A stretch of 64,000 nt of DNA from Candidatus Omnitrophota bacterium. GTDB taxonomy: Bacteria; Omnitrophota; Gorgyraeia; Pluralincolimonadales; Pluralincolimonadaceae. Each line of letters starts with the position of its first letter. Position 1 is the stretch's first letter. Shown piece after piece: positions 52,073 through 60,913 of this stretch. Both the position numbers and the translations under genes were made by a program. The stretch spans positions 5,188 through 69,187 of the forward strand of contig JAUYOH010000031.1 of assembly GCA_030695925.1 (NCBI GenBank), in the 5' to 3' direction. A model generated the notes under the pieces. The model was not told the origin of the DNA. It ran no database searches and worked only from the letters and a program-made list of their open reading frames with translations.

Positions 52073-53167
52073 ATGGAAATAAAAAAGATATTTAAATCGA
52101 TGATAGACGCAGAGGCTTCCGATCTATTCCTTAAGGTTGGAAGCCCTATTAATTTACGGGTAGACGGCCTGCTGAAGCCCCTCGAAGGCAGTGTTCTTTC
52201 AGAAGATGACATACGGAAGGTCATCACTACGCTCTTAAATGACGCCCAGAGGAAAGTCTACGAAAAGAGCTTTGAGGTGGATTTCGCGGTAGACATTGAG
52301 GATCTCGGCAGGTTCAGGGGAAGCATATTTAATCAGAACGGGATGCCCGGGGCGGTATTCCGTTATATAAAAAGCGACGTGAAATCCTTTGAAGGACTGA
52401 ATCTGCCTGCCAAAGTCTTAAGTAAGATCTCGCTTGAGAAAAGAGGGATGGTCCTCGTGACCGGCGCCACAGGAAGCGGCAAATCTACGACAATAGCAAG
52501 TGTGATCGAGCATATAAATCAGAATATGCCTTATCATATAGTCACGTTAGAAGACCCCATAGAATTCACATTCAAGGATAATAAGTCCGTAATTGAGCAG
52601 AGGGAATTAGGCATAGACACGCCTTCATATCTTGAGGCCCTAAAGCATATTATGTATCAGAGCCCGGATGTGATATTCATCGGGAACATCCGTGATCAGG
52701 ATACGATGTCCGCGGCGATGAATGCTGCCGAGACCGGACAATTGGTCTTAACCACTATCCATTCGATAAATACGACACAGACCATCGAGCGTATTGTGAA
52801 TTTTTACCCGCCATACCAGCATCAGGAAGTGAGAATACAATTGTCACTTCTCTTAAAGGGAGTTATATCACAGCGGTTGGTGCCGGTTGTCGGCGGGAAG
52901 GGCAGGATTCCGGCATGTGAAGTCATGCTGCTTACTCCCACAATAGCGGCCTTGATCCGCGAAGGGAAGACCAACGAACTGGTAAGTTATATTGAGGACG
53001 GAAAGTTATTCGGTATGGAGACCTTCGACCAGTGCCTTGCCAGATTATGCCTCGAGAAGAAGATCGCCGTTGAAGAAGCGAAGAAATTCTGCGATTCGGA
53101 AGCGGTCTTGGACCTCGCATTAAAGGGAATAAAGCGCACCGAGCGCGGCACCGCAGAAAGACACTAA
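52073..53167 (+). CDS. PilT/PilU family ATPase-like protein (degenerate active site)
   Basis: ASDL, GATGSGKST, TLEDPIEF, QRE.G.D, SQRL; Walker B reads IFIGNIRD. Confidence 0.88.
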   Translation: MEIKKIFKSMIDAEASDLFLKVGSPINLRVDGLLKPLEGSVLSEDDIRKVITTLLNDAQRKVYEKSFEVDFAVDIEDLGRFRGSIFNQNGMPGAVFRYIKSDVKSFEGLNLPAKVLSKISLEKRGMVLVTGATGSGKSTTIASVIEHINQNMPYHIVTLEDPIEFTFKDNKSVIEQRELGIDTPSYLEALKHIMYQSPDVIFIGNIRDQDTMSAAMNAAETGQLVLTTIHSINTTQTIERIVNFYPPYQHQEVRIQLSLLLKGVISQRLVPVVGGKGRIPACEVMLLTPTIAALIREGKTNELVSYIEDGKLFGMETFDQCLARLCLEKKIAVEEAKKFCDSEAVLDLALKGIKRTERGTAERH

Positions 53168-53268
53168 TCCCGCCGTAAGTCCCCTGTAGTTCCATCGTTA
53201 TATTTTCCAATAAGTTGCTTCGGCTTTTATCCCTGAGGATATTCGGGATGAAGGAAGATATTTTTTCC

Positions 53269-53334
53269 TTGACAAGAGTGGGGGCATGGGGTATACTTTG
53301 CACTATCAGGTGGATGAAAGTGGTTTAAAGTGGA
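53269..53334 (+). promoter_or_regulatory. dcw promoter with MraZ-box repeats
   Basis: TTGACA(53269)-17 nt-TATACT(53292); GTGG at 53310, 53320, 53330 (10-bp period) and at 53278. Confidence 0.8.
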
Positions 53335-53484
53335 GGATAAGGTTGTGGATTCCAAAAATGCCTTTGTCGGGGAGCCCTCGAGAGAGGGAAAGGCAAAGAT
53401 AAAAAGGCCGTAGCCGGTCCTTATAAATTTAGGGGTCCACAACCTTTAATTTTTTATAGATAGCGAAACACAAAGGATCAAGAA

Positions 53485-53934
53485 ATGTTCTACGGCGAGT
53501 ACGAACATACTATCGACAGAAAAGGCAGGATCATAATCCCCTCGAAGTTCAGAGAGGTATTCAAGGAACATTTCGTAGAAAAATTTTATGTGACAAGGGG
53601 CCTGGATAAATGTTTGTTCGTTTTCGCCGAGGAAGAATGGCGCCTTCAGGAGCAGAAATTCAAGTCGATGTCGTTTACGAAGGCGGAGGCGAGGAAGTTT
53701 AACCGCCTCTATTTTTCCGGCGCGGTGGATGTCACCTGCGACAAGCAGGGGAGGATACTCTTGCCGCAATATCTGAAGGATTACGCGGGCATAAAACATA
53801 ACATAATGATAGTCGGCGTCTCGAACAGGATAGAGATCTGGGCCAAGGACGAATGGCGTAAGTATTACGAAAGCGCGATGCCTACTTTCGAGAAGACCGC
53901 CGAGAATTTGCTCGACTTGGAAGAGAAAGGCTAA
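53485..53934 (+). CDS. mraZ: transcriptional regulator MraZ
   Basis: MFYGEY.H.ID.KGR..IP, D.QGRI, IEIW. Confidence 0.97.
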   Translation: MFYGEYEHTIDRKGRIIIPSKFREVFKEHFVEKFYVTRGLDKCLFVFAEEEWRLQEQKFKSMSFTKAEARKFNRLYFSGAVDVTCDKQGRILLPQYLKDYAGIKHNIMIVGVSNRIEIWAKDEWRKYYESAMPTFEKTAENLLDLEEKG

Positions 53935-53937
53935 AGG

Positions 53938-54849
53938 ATTAGCGGGGAGATTTTACATAGGCCCGTTCTTTTAAAAGAGGTAATTGAGGCGCTGGAACTC
54001 GCGCCCGGAAAAATCATCGTCGATTGCACCGTAGGCCTCGGCGGGCATGCCGAGGCGATATTAGACAAGATCGCGCCGGGCGGGAAATTGATCGGCATAG
54101 ATAAAGATGCCGAAGCGCTTGAGATCGCGAATGATAGATTAAAAAAGTTCCGGGAGTCAGTTATTTTAGTCCACGACAGCTTTGATGATCTAAGAGCGAT
54201 CTTTGAAAAGTCGGATATAGAAAAGGCCGATGGCTTCCTCTTCGACCTGGGGATCTCGTCGCTGCAGCTTGATAGCGCCAGCCGCGGATTCAGCTTTCGG
54301 TATGACGCGCCTCTGGATATGCGCATGGATAAAGAAGGCGAAGTCAATGCCTACGATATCGTTAACGGCTCCGGCGAGGCTGAACTGTCCTGGATCCTCG
54401 AACATTACGGCGAGGAACGGTTCAGCCGCCGGATCGCAAAAGCGATAGCGCTCCGGAGGAAGATAGCGCCGATCAAGACGACCGGGGAGCTGGTCGAGGC
54501 CATCCTTAGCGCCGTCCCGTATAAGGGAAGGCACGGGAGAGTCCACCTTGCGACGAGGACGTTTCAGGCCTTAAGGATAGCGGTGAATAAAGAGCTGGCC
54601 GCGCTGGAGAAAGCGCTTGATGAGGCGATAGGGCTTCTTAAGCCTTCAGGTCTGATATGCGTCATATCATATCATTCGCTGGAAGACAGGATAGTAAAGA
54701 ATAAATTTAAGGGGGCCAAAGCCGGCGGCATATTAGAGTTAATTTATAAGAAACCCCTGACTCCCGGGGAAGCGGAGATAGAGGAGAATCCGAGGTCGCG
54801 GAGCGCGAAACTGCGCCTCGCAAGGAGAACGAAGGATGAAGGTTTATAA
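53938..54849 (+). CDS. rsmH: 16S rRNA m4C1402 methyltransferase (probable ATT start)
   Basis: in-frame HRPVLLKE and DCTVGLGGH upstream of ORF-track start 54088; DLGISS.Q, TFQALRI.VN, NPRSRSAKLR. Confidence 0.93.
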   Translation: MSGEILHRPVLLKEVIEALELAPGKIIVDCTVGLGGHAEAILDKIAPGGKLIGIDKDAEALEIANDRLKKFRESVILVHDSFDDLRAIFEKSDIEKADGFLFDLGISSLQLDSASRGFSFRYDAPLDMRMDKEGEVNAYDIVNGSGEAELSWILEHYGEERFSRRIAKAIALRRKIAPIKTTGELVEAILSAVPYKGRHGRVHLATRTFQALRIAVNKELAALEKALDEAIGLLKPSGLICVISYHSLEDRIVKNKFKGAKAGGILELIYKKPLTPGEAEIEENPRSRSAKLRLARRTKDEGL

Positions 54850-55219
54850 GTTTTTGACTACAACGACGGTGGTTACGGCGGTCGCGCTGATATATGTCAG
54901 CCAGCAGACGGCGCTCGTCTGCCTGAGTTATGACATAAAACAAAATGAGAAGTCATACTCGGAGCTCCTTGACCGCAATAAAATTTTGTTATATAATGTA
55001 AGACAATTGGAATCACCGGCGCGCCTTGAACAAGCGCTGCTGGCGAAGAATATGAAATTAGAAGTTCCATCGAGAGAGCGCGTGATCTTAGTCTCCGCTG
55101 GTCCCGAGAAACCAAATAATGTCAAGGCCGCAATCGGAATATTCGGAAAGATCAGGCAGATAACCGCAAGCCTCTTTACGTTAGGACCTGAAGCACAGGC
55201 AAGACCTGTCGTTAAATAA
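54836..55219 (+). CDS. ftsL: cell division protein FtsL-like
   Basis: TM, coiled coil, L.SP.RLE; between rsmH and ftsI. Confidence 0.7.
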   Translation: MKVYKFLTTTTVVTAVALIYVSQQTALVCLSYDIKQNEKSYSELLDRNKILLYNVRQLESPARLEQALLAKNMKLEVPSRERVILVSAGPEKPNNVKAAIGIFGKIRQITASLFTLGPEAQARPVVK

Positions 55220-55277
55220 ATAGATTTTATAGAATACCCTTTATGATTTCCGCCGAATAAAAAGGGTTGGATATATC

Positions 55278-57008
55278 GTGTATAATAGAGCCCATAAAAC
55301 CCGCCTTAATCTCGTTTTTTCTTTATTTATCTGTTTATTAAGCATCCTCTTAATCCGCATCTTCTACATTCAACTTGCGCGCGCCCATAATTTCGCCGCT
55401 CTCGCCAAGAAACAGCATACCGCGATAACCGAACTCCAGCCGAAACGCGGCTCGATATACGACAGGAATATGCATCCTCTGGCCGTCTCCTTAAATCTGG
55501 ATTCGGTCTTCGCCAACGCCAGGGAGGTCAAGAACAAGAAGAGCGCCGCGCGCGCGCTTTCCTCCGCTTTAGGTTTAAGCGAAAGTTTCTTGCTCGAGCG
55601 TTTAAGCAGGGACAAGGGCTTTATCTGGCTTAAACGCAAGATAGCTCCCTCCGAATCAAAGCGCGTAAAGGAACTCAATATCAAAGGCATCGAACTCGTA
55701 AAGGAACCCAAGAGGGTCTATCCCAACGCTTCGCTCGCCAGTCAGGTGATCGGTTATGCCGGGACGGACAATAAGGGCTTGGAGGGCCTGGAGCTCTTAT
55801 ACGATCAATACCTCAAAGGGGCGCCCGGATACCGCGCTACTTTCAGGGACGCGAGGCGCCGCGAGATAGCGTCCTTTGAGTATGAATATTTTCCCTCGGT
55901 CGACGGTTTCGATCTGGTACTTACGATAGACGAGATAATACAGCATATAGCCGAGCGCGAGATAGACAGGGCGATGAAGGATTATCATCCGATAGGCGCC
56001 TCCATAATAGTAATGGACCCGAAGACCGGCGACATACTTGCGCTTTCCAGCCGCCCCACGTTTAGTTTAAACGCGTTTGAGAAAGTGACACCTGACAAGA
56101 AAAGGGACCGCGCCGTAACGGATGTGTTCGAGCCCGGTTCCATATTCAAGATAGTCACCGCTTCCGCGGCGCTAGAGAAAAAGAAGGTAGGATTAAAGGA
56201 CAAATTTTTTTGCGAGAACGGACAATGGAAACACGCTGGAGGAAAAGTACTGCATGACCATAAACCGCACGGCTGGCTCACCTTCAGGCAGGTCATCGAA
56301 AAATCCTCCAATATCGGCACGGTAAAGGTAGCGCAGAAATTGGGCGCTTCCGAGTTATATGACTCCATCAAGCAATTCGGATTTGCGGCCCTTACAGACA
56401 TCGACCTGCCCGGCGAAGTACCGGGATTTATCCGTCCGCCGTCAAAATGGTCGGGCACTTCTATATACGCGATCCCGATGGGACATGAAGTAACGGTCAC
56501 GCCCATCCAGATGGCGCGCGCTATGGCTGTCATCGCAAACGGCGGCGAATTGGTAAAGCCCCGCGTAGTAGAGACTATTCAGGACAAGCACGGCGAGATC
56601 ATAAAATCCTTTGAGCCGGTTGTCGTAAGGCGTGTCCTCTCGGAGTCCACGGCGGCGACCATGAGGGATATATTAAGCGGTGTCGTCTCGGACGGGACCG
56701 GACAATGGGCGAAGGTGGAAGGATATAATGTGGCGGGCAAGACCGGCACATCCCAGAAGATAGAGCCCAACGGCACCTATTCGCATTCCAAGTTCATCGG
56801 CTCGTTTGTCGGGTTCGCGCCGGTAGAAGACCCGAAGATAGTCATAGTCGTGATCCTGGACCAGCCGCATCCGTTTTATTACGGAGGTGTTGTCGCCGCG
56901 CCCGTCTTTAGCAGGGTCGCGCGGGATGCGTTAAGGTATTTGGACATCAAACCTGAAAGGTTGACAGAGGTCAAGAGGGAAGTCGAGATCTCCAGCGTAG
57001 AGGATTAA
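55278..57008 (+). CDS. ftsI: class B penicillin-binding protein (FtsI/PBP3)
   Basis: RG.IYDRN, EPGSIFK (SxxK), SSN, KTGT. Confidence 0.93.
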   Translation: MYNRAHKTRLNLVFSLFICLLSILLIRIFYIQLARAHNFAALAKKQHTAITELQPKRGSIYDRNMHPLAVSLNLDSVFANAREVKNKKSAARALSSALGLSESFLLERLSRDKGFIWLKRKIAPSESKRVKELNIKGIELVKEPKRVYPNASLASQVIGYAGTDNKGLEGLELLYDQYLKGAPGYRATFRDARRREIASFEYEYFPSVDGFDLVLTIDEIIQHIAEREIDRAMKDYHPIGASIIVMDPKTGDILALSSRPTFSLNAFEKVTPDKKRDRAVTDVFEPGSIFKIVTASAALEKKKVGLKDKFFCENGQWKHAGGKVLHDHKPHGWLTFRQVIEKSSNIGTVKVAQKLGASELYDSIKQFGFAALTDIDLPGEVPGFIRPPSKWSGTSIYAIPMGHEVTVTPIQMARAMAVIANGGELVKPRVVETIQDKHGEIIKSFEPVVVRRVLSESTAATMRDILSGVVSDGTGQWAKVEGYNVAGKTGTSQKIEPNGTYSHSKFIGSFVGFAPVEDPKIVIVVILDQPHPFYYGGVVAAPVFSRVARDALRYLDIKPERLTEVKREVEISSVED

Positions 57009-57009
57009 A

Positions 57010-58473
57010 TTGAAGATAAAGGAATTGTTAAGGGGCATCGAATACAAAAGTCCTTCCTCATTCTCAGGCGATATCGAGATAAAGGGGATAGCCTGCGATT
57101 CCAAGGCCGTAAATAAGGATTACCTCTTTATCGCTGTCGCCGGGACGAAGACAGACGGCCATAAGTTCGCCAATGAGGCCCTCGAGAGGGGGGCTGTCGC
57201 CGTCGTCATAGAGCGGGAAATCCCGCTCGATGACGGCATCGCCAAGATTTACGTAAAGGATTCGAGGGCGGCGTTGGCAAGGATCGCCAACGAATTTTAC
57301 GGCAGGCCGGCGGAAAAATTAAGATGCGTAGGAATAACCGGCACCAACGGGAAGACGACCATATCGTATCTTATGGACAGTATTGTCTCGGCGGCAGGGC
57401 ATAAGGCCGGTCTTATCGGCACGATAAATTACAGGATAGGCGAAAGGATAATTCCCGCCGTCAATACCACACCCGGGCCGGTCGAACTATATAATTTTAT
57501 GAGCAAGATGCTGCAGAATTCCATAGACCACCTCGTGATGGAAGTATCGTCGCATTCGCTCGACCAGCGGAGAGTCGAGGGGATAGGTTTCGCGGCCGCG
57601 ATATTCACGAACTTAACCGGGGACCATCTCGATTATCATAAGACAATGGAGGGATACTTTGAGGCAAAGGCTAAGTTGTTCGAAGGGCTGGACAGCGGTT
57701 CTTACGGGATAATAAATATTGATGATGAATGGGGCAGGAAACTTTTAAGGCGCTCGAAAGGCAGGGTCATGACTTACGGGACGAAGCAGGGCGCCGATTT
57801 TCTTGCCGGCGGCATAGAACTATCATTAAACGGGACAGGGTTTATCATTGATACGCCGGACGGACGGGTAAAGATAGACACAAAATTGATCGGATTGCAC
57901 AACGTATATAATATCACCGCCTCTGTGGCGGCCGGCGCGGCCTTGGGTTTTTCTCCTGAGGCGGTAAAGCGTGGTATTGAGAACGTAAGAGCTGTCCCGG
58001 GCCGTCTTGAGGAGATAGACTGCGGCCAGCCTTTCAAGGTGTTCGTGGATTATGCGCATACGGATGATGCCCTGTGTAATGTCCTGTCCGCTTTAAGGCC
58101 GCTCATCTCAGAGAGGATAATAGTCGTATTTGGCTGCGGAGGAGACAGGGATAAGACCAAACGGCCTAGGATGGGTAAGGTAGCCGGCAAATTGGCGGAT
58201 CTCGTAATAGTCACCTCAGATAATCCGCGCGGCGAAGACCCCAAGACGATAACCGATGAGATAGTAGCGGGGATCGGGTCCGCGAACTACAGGGTGATAG
58301 TGGACAGGATGCAGGCGATAGGGCAGGCGCTATCAGCTGCGCGCGACGGAGATTGCGTCCTCATCGCCGGCAAGGGCCACGAGACATATCAGGTATTAAA
58401 GAATACGACAGTAGCTTTTGACGACAGGGAAGTCGCGAGAAAAATATTATGCTCGACACAAAAGATATCTTAG
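57010..58473 (+). CDS. murE: UDP-MurNAc-dipeptide:meso-DAP ligase
   Basis: GITGTNGKTT, MEVSSH, DYAHT, DNPR (DAP-type), AGKGHE. Confidence 0.96.
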   Translation: MKIKELLRGIEYKSPSSFSGDIEIKGIACDSKAVNKDYLFIAVAGTKTDGHKFANEALERGAVAVVIEREIPLDDGIAKIYVKDSRAALARIANEFYGRPAEKLRCVGITGTNGKTTISYLMDSIVSAAGHKAGLIGTINYRIGERIIPAVNTTPGPVELYNFMSKMLQNSIDHLVMEVSSHSLDQRRVEGIGFAAAIFTNLTGDHLDYHKTMEGYFEAKAKLFEGLDSGSYGIINIDDEWGRKLLRRSKGRVMTYGTKQGADFLAGGIELSLNGTGFIIDTPDGRVKIDTKLIGLHNVYNITASVAAGAALGFSPEAVKRGIENVRAVPGRLEEIDCGQPFKVFVDYAHTDDALCNVLSALRPLISERIIVVFGCGGDRDKTKRPRMGKVAGKLADLVIVTSDNPRGEDPKTITDEIVAGIGSANYRVIVDRMQAIGQALSAARDGDCVLIAGKGHETYQVLKNTTVAFDDREVARKILCSTQKIS

Positions 58474-59849
58474 AAGCGACCGAAGGAAAGCTCTTAAAAG
58501 GCGGAGCAGGAATCAGATTTTCCTCTGTCTCGACCGATACGAGGACCATAAAACAAGGCGCCCTCTTTATCGCCATAAAAGGCCCGAATTTTGACGGACA
58601 TAATTTTATTGAGGAGGCAAAGACAAGAGGCGCTATAGGTGCTCTCGTAAGTCGCGATGTGGCCCCTCACCTGCCCTCTCCCCTAAGGGGAGAGGGAAAG
58701 GGTGAGGGGTTTATCATTATCGAGGTCAAGGATACAGTTAAAGCGCTGGGTGATATCGCGAGGTCCCACAGGAGAAAATTCGATATCCCGATAATCGCGG
58801 TGACAGGCTCAAATGGCAAGACGACCACCAAAGAGATGGCCGCGGAGATCCTCGCCAGGAAATACAACGTCCTTAAGAATGAGGGGACGGAGAATAATTT
58901 TATCGGCGTTCCGCTTACGCTTTTGAGATTAGACAACGCTTATGAGATAGCGGTATTGGAACTCGGCTCAAACCATTCGGGCGAGATAGCGCGGCTTTCC
59001 GAGATAGTCCAGCCCAGTTGCGGTGTGGTCGTGAATGTCGGCCCCTCGCATCTGGAATTTTTTAATACGGTAGATAACGTAAGAAAAGAGAAACTGAACC
59101 TGTTAAAGCGCCTCGGAAGTGACAGCGTCTCGGTTGTAAACGGCGATGACGCGCAGCTCGTAAAGGAAGCGAAGGCGATGTGCGCCGAGGTAGTGACGTT
59201 CGGTTTAAGCGCGGGTTGCGATTTTAGGGCGACAGATGTAAGGGAGGGCGAGGACGGAATAGATTTTATCTTAAATAGCGGCTACAGATTTCATCTTAAC
59301 CTTTTAGGAAGGCATAATATATATAACGCATTGGGGGGTGTGGCGGTAGGTTCGCTATACGGCGTCTCCGCGGAAGAGGCCGCGGCCGTATTAAAAGATT
59401 TCAGGTTGCCGAAGTTAAGGATGGAGTTTATAGAAGAGGGCGGTATTAAATTCATATTCGACTGCTATAATTCCAATCCCTCATCGATGGCCGGCGCTAT
59501 AGAGACCATAAAAGGAATGAATCCCTCCGGGAGGAAGATAGTGGTCGCCGGCGATATGCTGGAGCTGGGCGCGGCAAGTCCGGATCTGCATAAGAAAATA
59601 GGCAGGCTCGCCGCCGAAGCCAAAGTCGACATTTTAATGAGTGTGGGCCCGCTCTCCAGGTTTATCCTGGAGGGCGCACAGGAGGAGGGTATCGGCGGAG
59701 ACTCCCTCCTCCATTTTGATAATTCCGTCGCTGCCGCAAAGGCGCTTAAGGATATATTAAAGGCAGGGGATCTTGTGCTCGTCAAAGGTTCGCGTGGAAT
59801 GAAAATGGAGGAGATAAAAAGGTGTTTTACCACCTCTTATACCCGCTAA
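58449..59849 (+). CDS. murF: UDP-MurNAc-tripeptide:D-Ala-D-Ala ligase
   Basis: DTR, FDGH.F, TGSNGKTTTK, D.YN.NP, GDMLELG, KGSRG. Confidence 0.96.
   Translation: MLDTKDILEATEGKLLKGGAGIRFSSVSTDTRTIKQGALFIAIKGPNFDGHNFIEEAKTRGAIGALVSRDVAPHLPSPLRGEGKGEGFIIIEVKDTVKALGDIARSHRRKFDIPIIAVTGSNGKTTTKEMAAEILARKYNVLKNEGTENNFIGVPLTLLRLDNAYEIAVLELGSNHSGEIARLSEIVQPSCGVVVNVGPSHLEFFNTVDNVRKEKLNLLKRLGSDSVSVVNGDDAQLVKEAKAMCAEVVTFGLSAGCDFRATDVREGEDGIDFILNSGYRFHLNLLGRHNIYNALGGVAVGSLYGVSAEEAAAVLKDFRLPKLRMEFIEEGGIKFIFDCYNSNPSSMAGAIETIKGMNPSGRKIVVAGDMLELGAASPDLHKKIGRLAAEAKVDILMSVGPLSRFILEGAQEEGIGGDSLLHFDNSVAAAKALKDILKAGDLVLVKGSRGMKMEEIKRCFTTSYTR
58663..58709. repeat. BoxC-like palindromic repeat inserted in frame in murF
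   Basis: cccctcacc..ccctctcccc-taa-ggggagaggg..ggtgagggg; encodes PHLPSPLRGEGKGEG. Confidence 0.82.
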
Positions 59850-60913
59850 AAGATCTATTCTTCGGTTTTAACGTATTTAAATATATCACATTCCGGGCCG
59901 CGGGCGCGGCTATAACGTCGTTCTTGATCTGTATAATTTTAGGCCCCGTGATAATCCGCAAGTTAAAAGAGTTTAAGGTGGGGCAGGTCATACGCCAGGA
60001 AGAAGAGGCGAGGGGAATTTATGAGTTCCACAAAAATAAAGCAGGCACGCCGACGATGGGCGGGCTCTTGATCGTGACCGCGATAATCTTATCCACAGTC
60101 CTATGGGCGGACCTGACCAACAAATACGTCCTTCTGGCCATACTCTCGACCGTCTGGCTCTGTGTACTGGGTTTCGTGGACGATTACATAAAATTATCGC
60201 TTAAGAGGTCAAAGGGCCTGACCGCGAGGTCAAAGTTAATCGGCCAGATAGTACTGGGCCTGTTGATAGGGCTTTATATCTATTTCGACCCGCAGATAGG
60301 CGAGAACCTCGACATCCCGTTCCTAAAAAACGCGTTTATCGATCTGGGGATCTTTTATATCCTATTCACGATGCTGGTGATAGTCGGCTCGTCTAACGCG
60401 ATGAACCTGACCGACGGCCTCGATGGGCTGGCGATAGGCTGCACGGTAATGGTCGCTTTGACCTACACGGCCTTAAGTTACATAACCGGCAATTTCAAGA
60501 TAAGCGATTACCTCAATATCACTTATATACCGGGGACAGGAGAACTGGCGGTATTCTGCGCGGCGATCATGGGCGCGGGCCTGGGTTTTCTCTGGTTTAA
60601 TTCCAATCCCGCGGAGGTCTTCATGGGCGATACCGGCTCTCTGGCATTGGGCGGGGCTATCGGCATCGTCGCGATATTTATAAAGAAGGAATTGCTTCTG
60701 CTTCTGGTCGGGGGCATATTCGTGGCCGAGGCATTGTCCGTCATCTTGCAGGTGGCATCGTTTAAATTATTCAAGAAGCGGATATTTCTGATGGCTCCCT
60801 TTCATCATCACTTTGAGAAGATGGGATGGCCCGAAAACAAGGTGGTCGTGAGGTTCTGGATCGTGGCCGCGATATTGGCGCTCTTGAGCCTATCGTCATT
60901 AAAAATTAGATGA
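59822..60913 (+). CDS. mraY: phospho-N-acetylmuramoyl-pentapeptide transferase
   Basis: GTPTMGG, DDY.K, NLTDGLDGL, FMGDTG, HHHFE. Confidence 0.97.
   Translation: MFYHLLYPLKDLFFGFNVFKYITFRAAGAAITSFLICIILGPVIIRKLKEFKVGQVIRQEEEARGIYEFHKNKAGTPTMGGLLIVTAIILSTVLWADLTNKYVLLAILSTVWLCVLGFVDDYIKLSLKRSKGLTARSKLIGQIVLGLLIGLYIYFDPQIGENLDIPFLKNAFIDLGIFYILFTMLVIVGSSNAMNLTDGLDGLAIGCTVMVALTYTALSYITGNFKISDYLNITYIPGTGELAVFCAAIMGAGLGFLWFNSNPAEVFMGDTGSLALGGAIGIVAIFIKKELLLLLVGGIFVAEALSVILQVASFKLFKKRIFLMAPFHHHFEKMGWPENKVVVRFWIVAAILALLSLSSLKIR

Noticed and set aside
53384-53420. gggaaaggcaaa...gtagccgg resembling parts of a c-di-GMP-I riboswitch
   Set aside because: The GNRA-capped P2 and GACGCAAA core are not in the right order; kept only as an unknown structure
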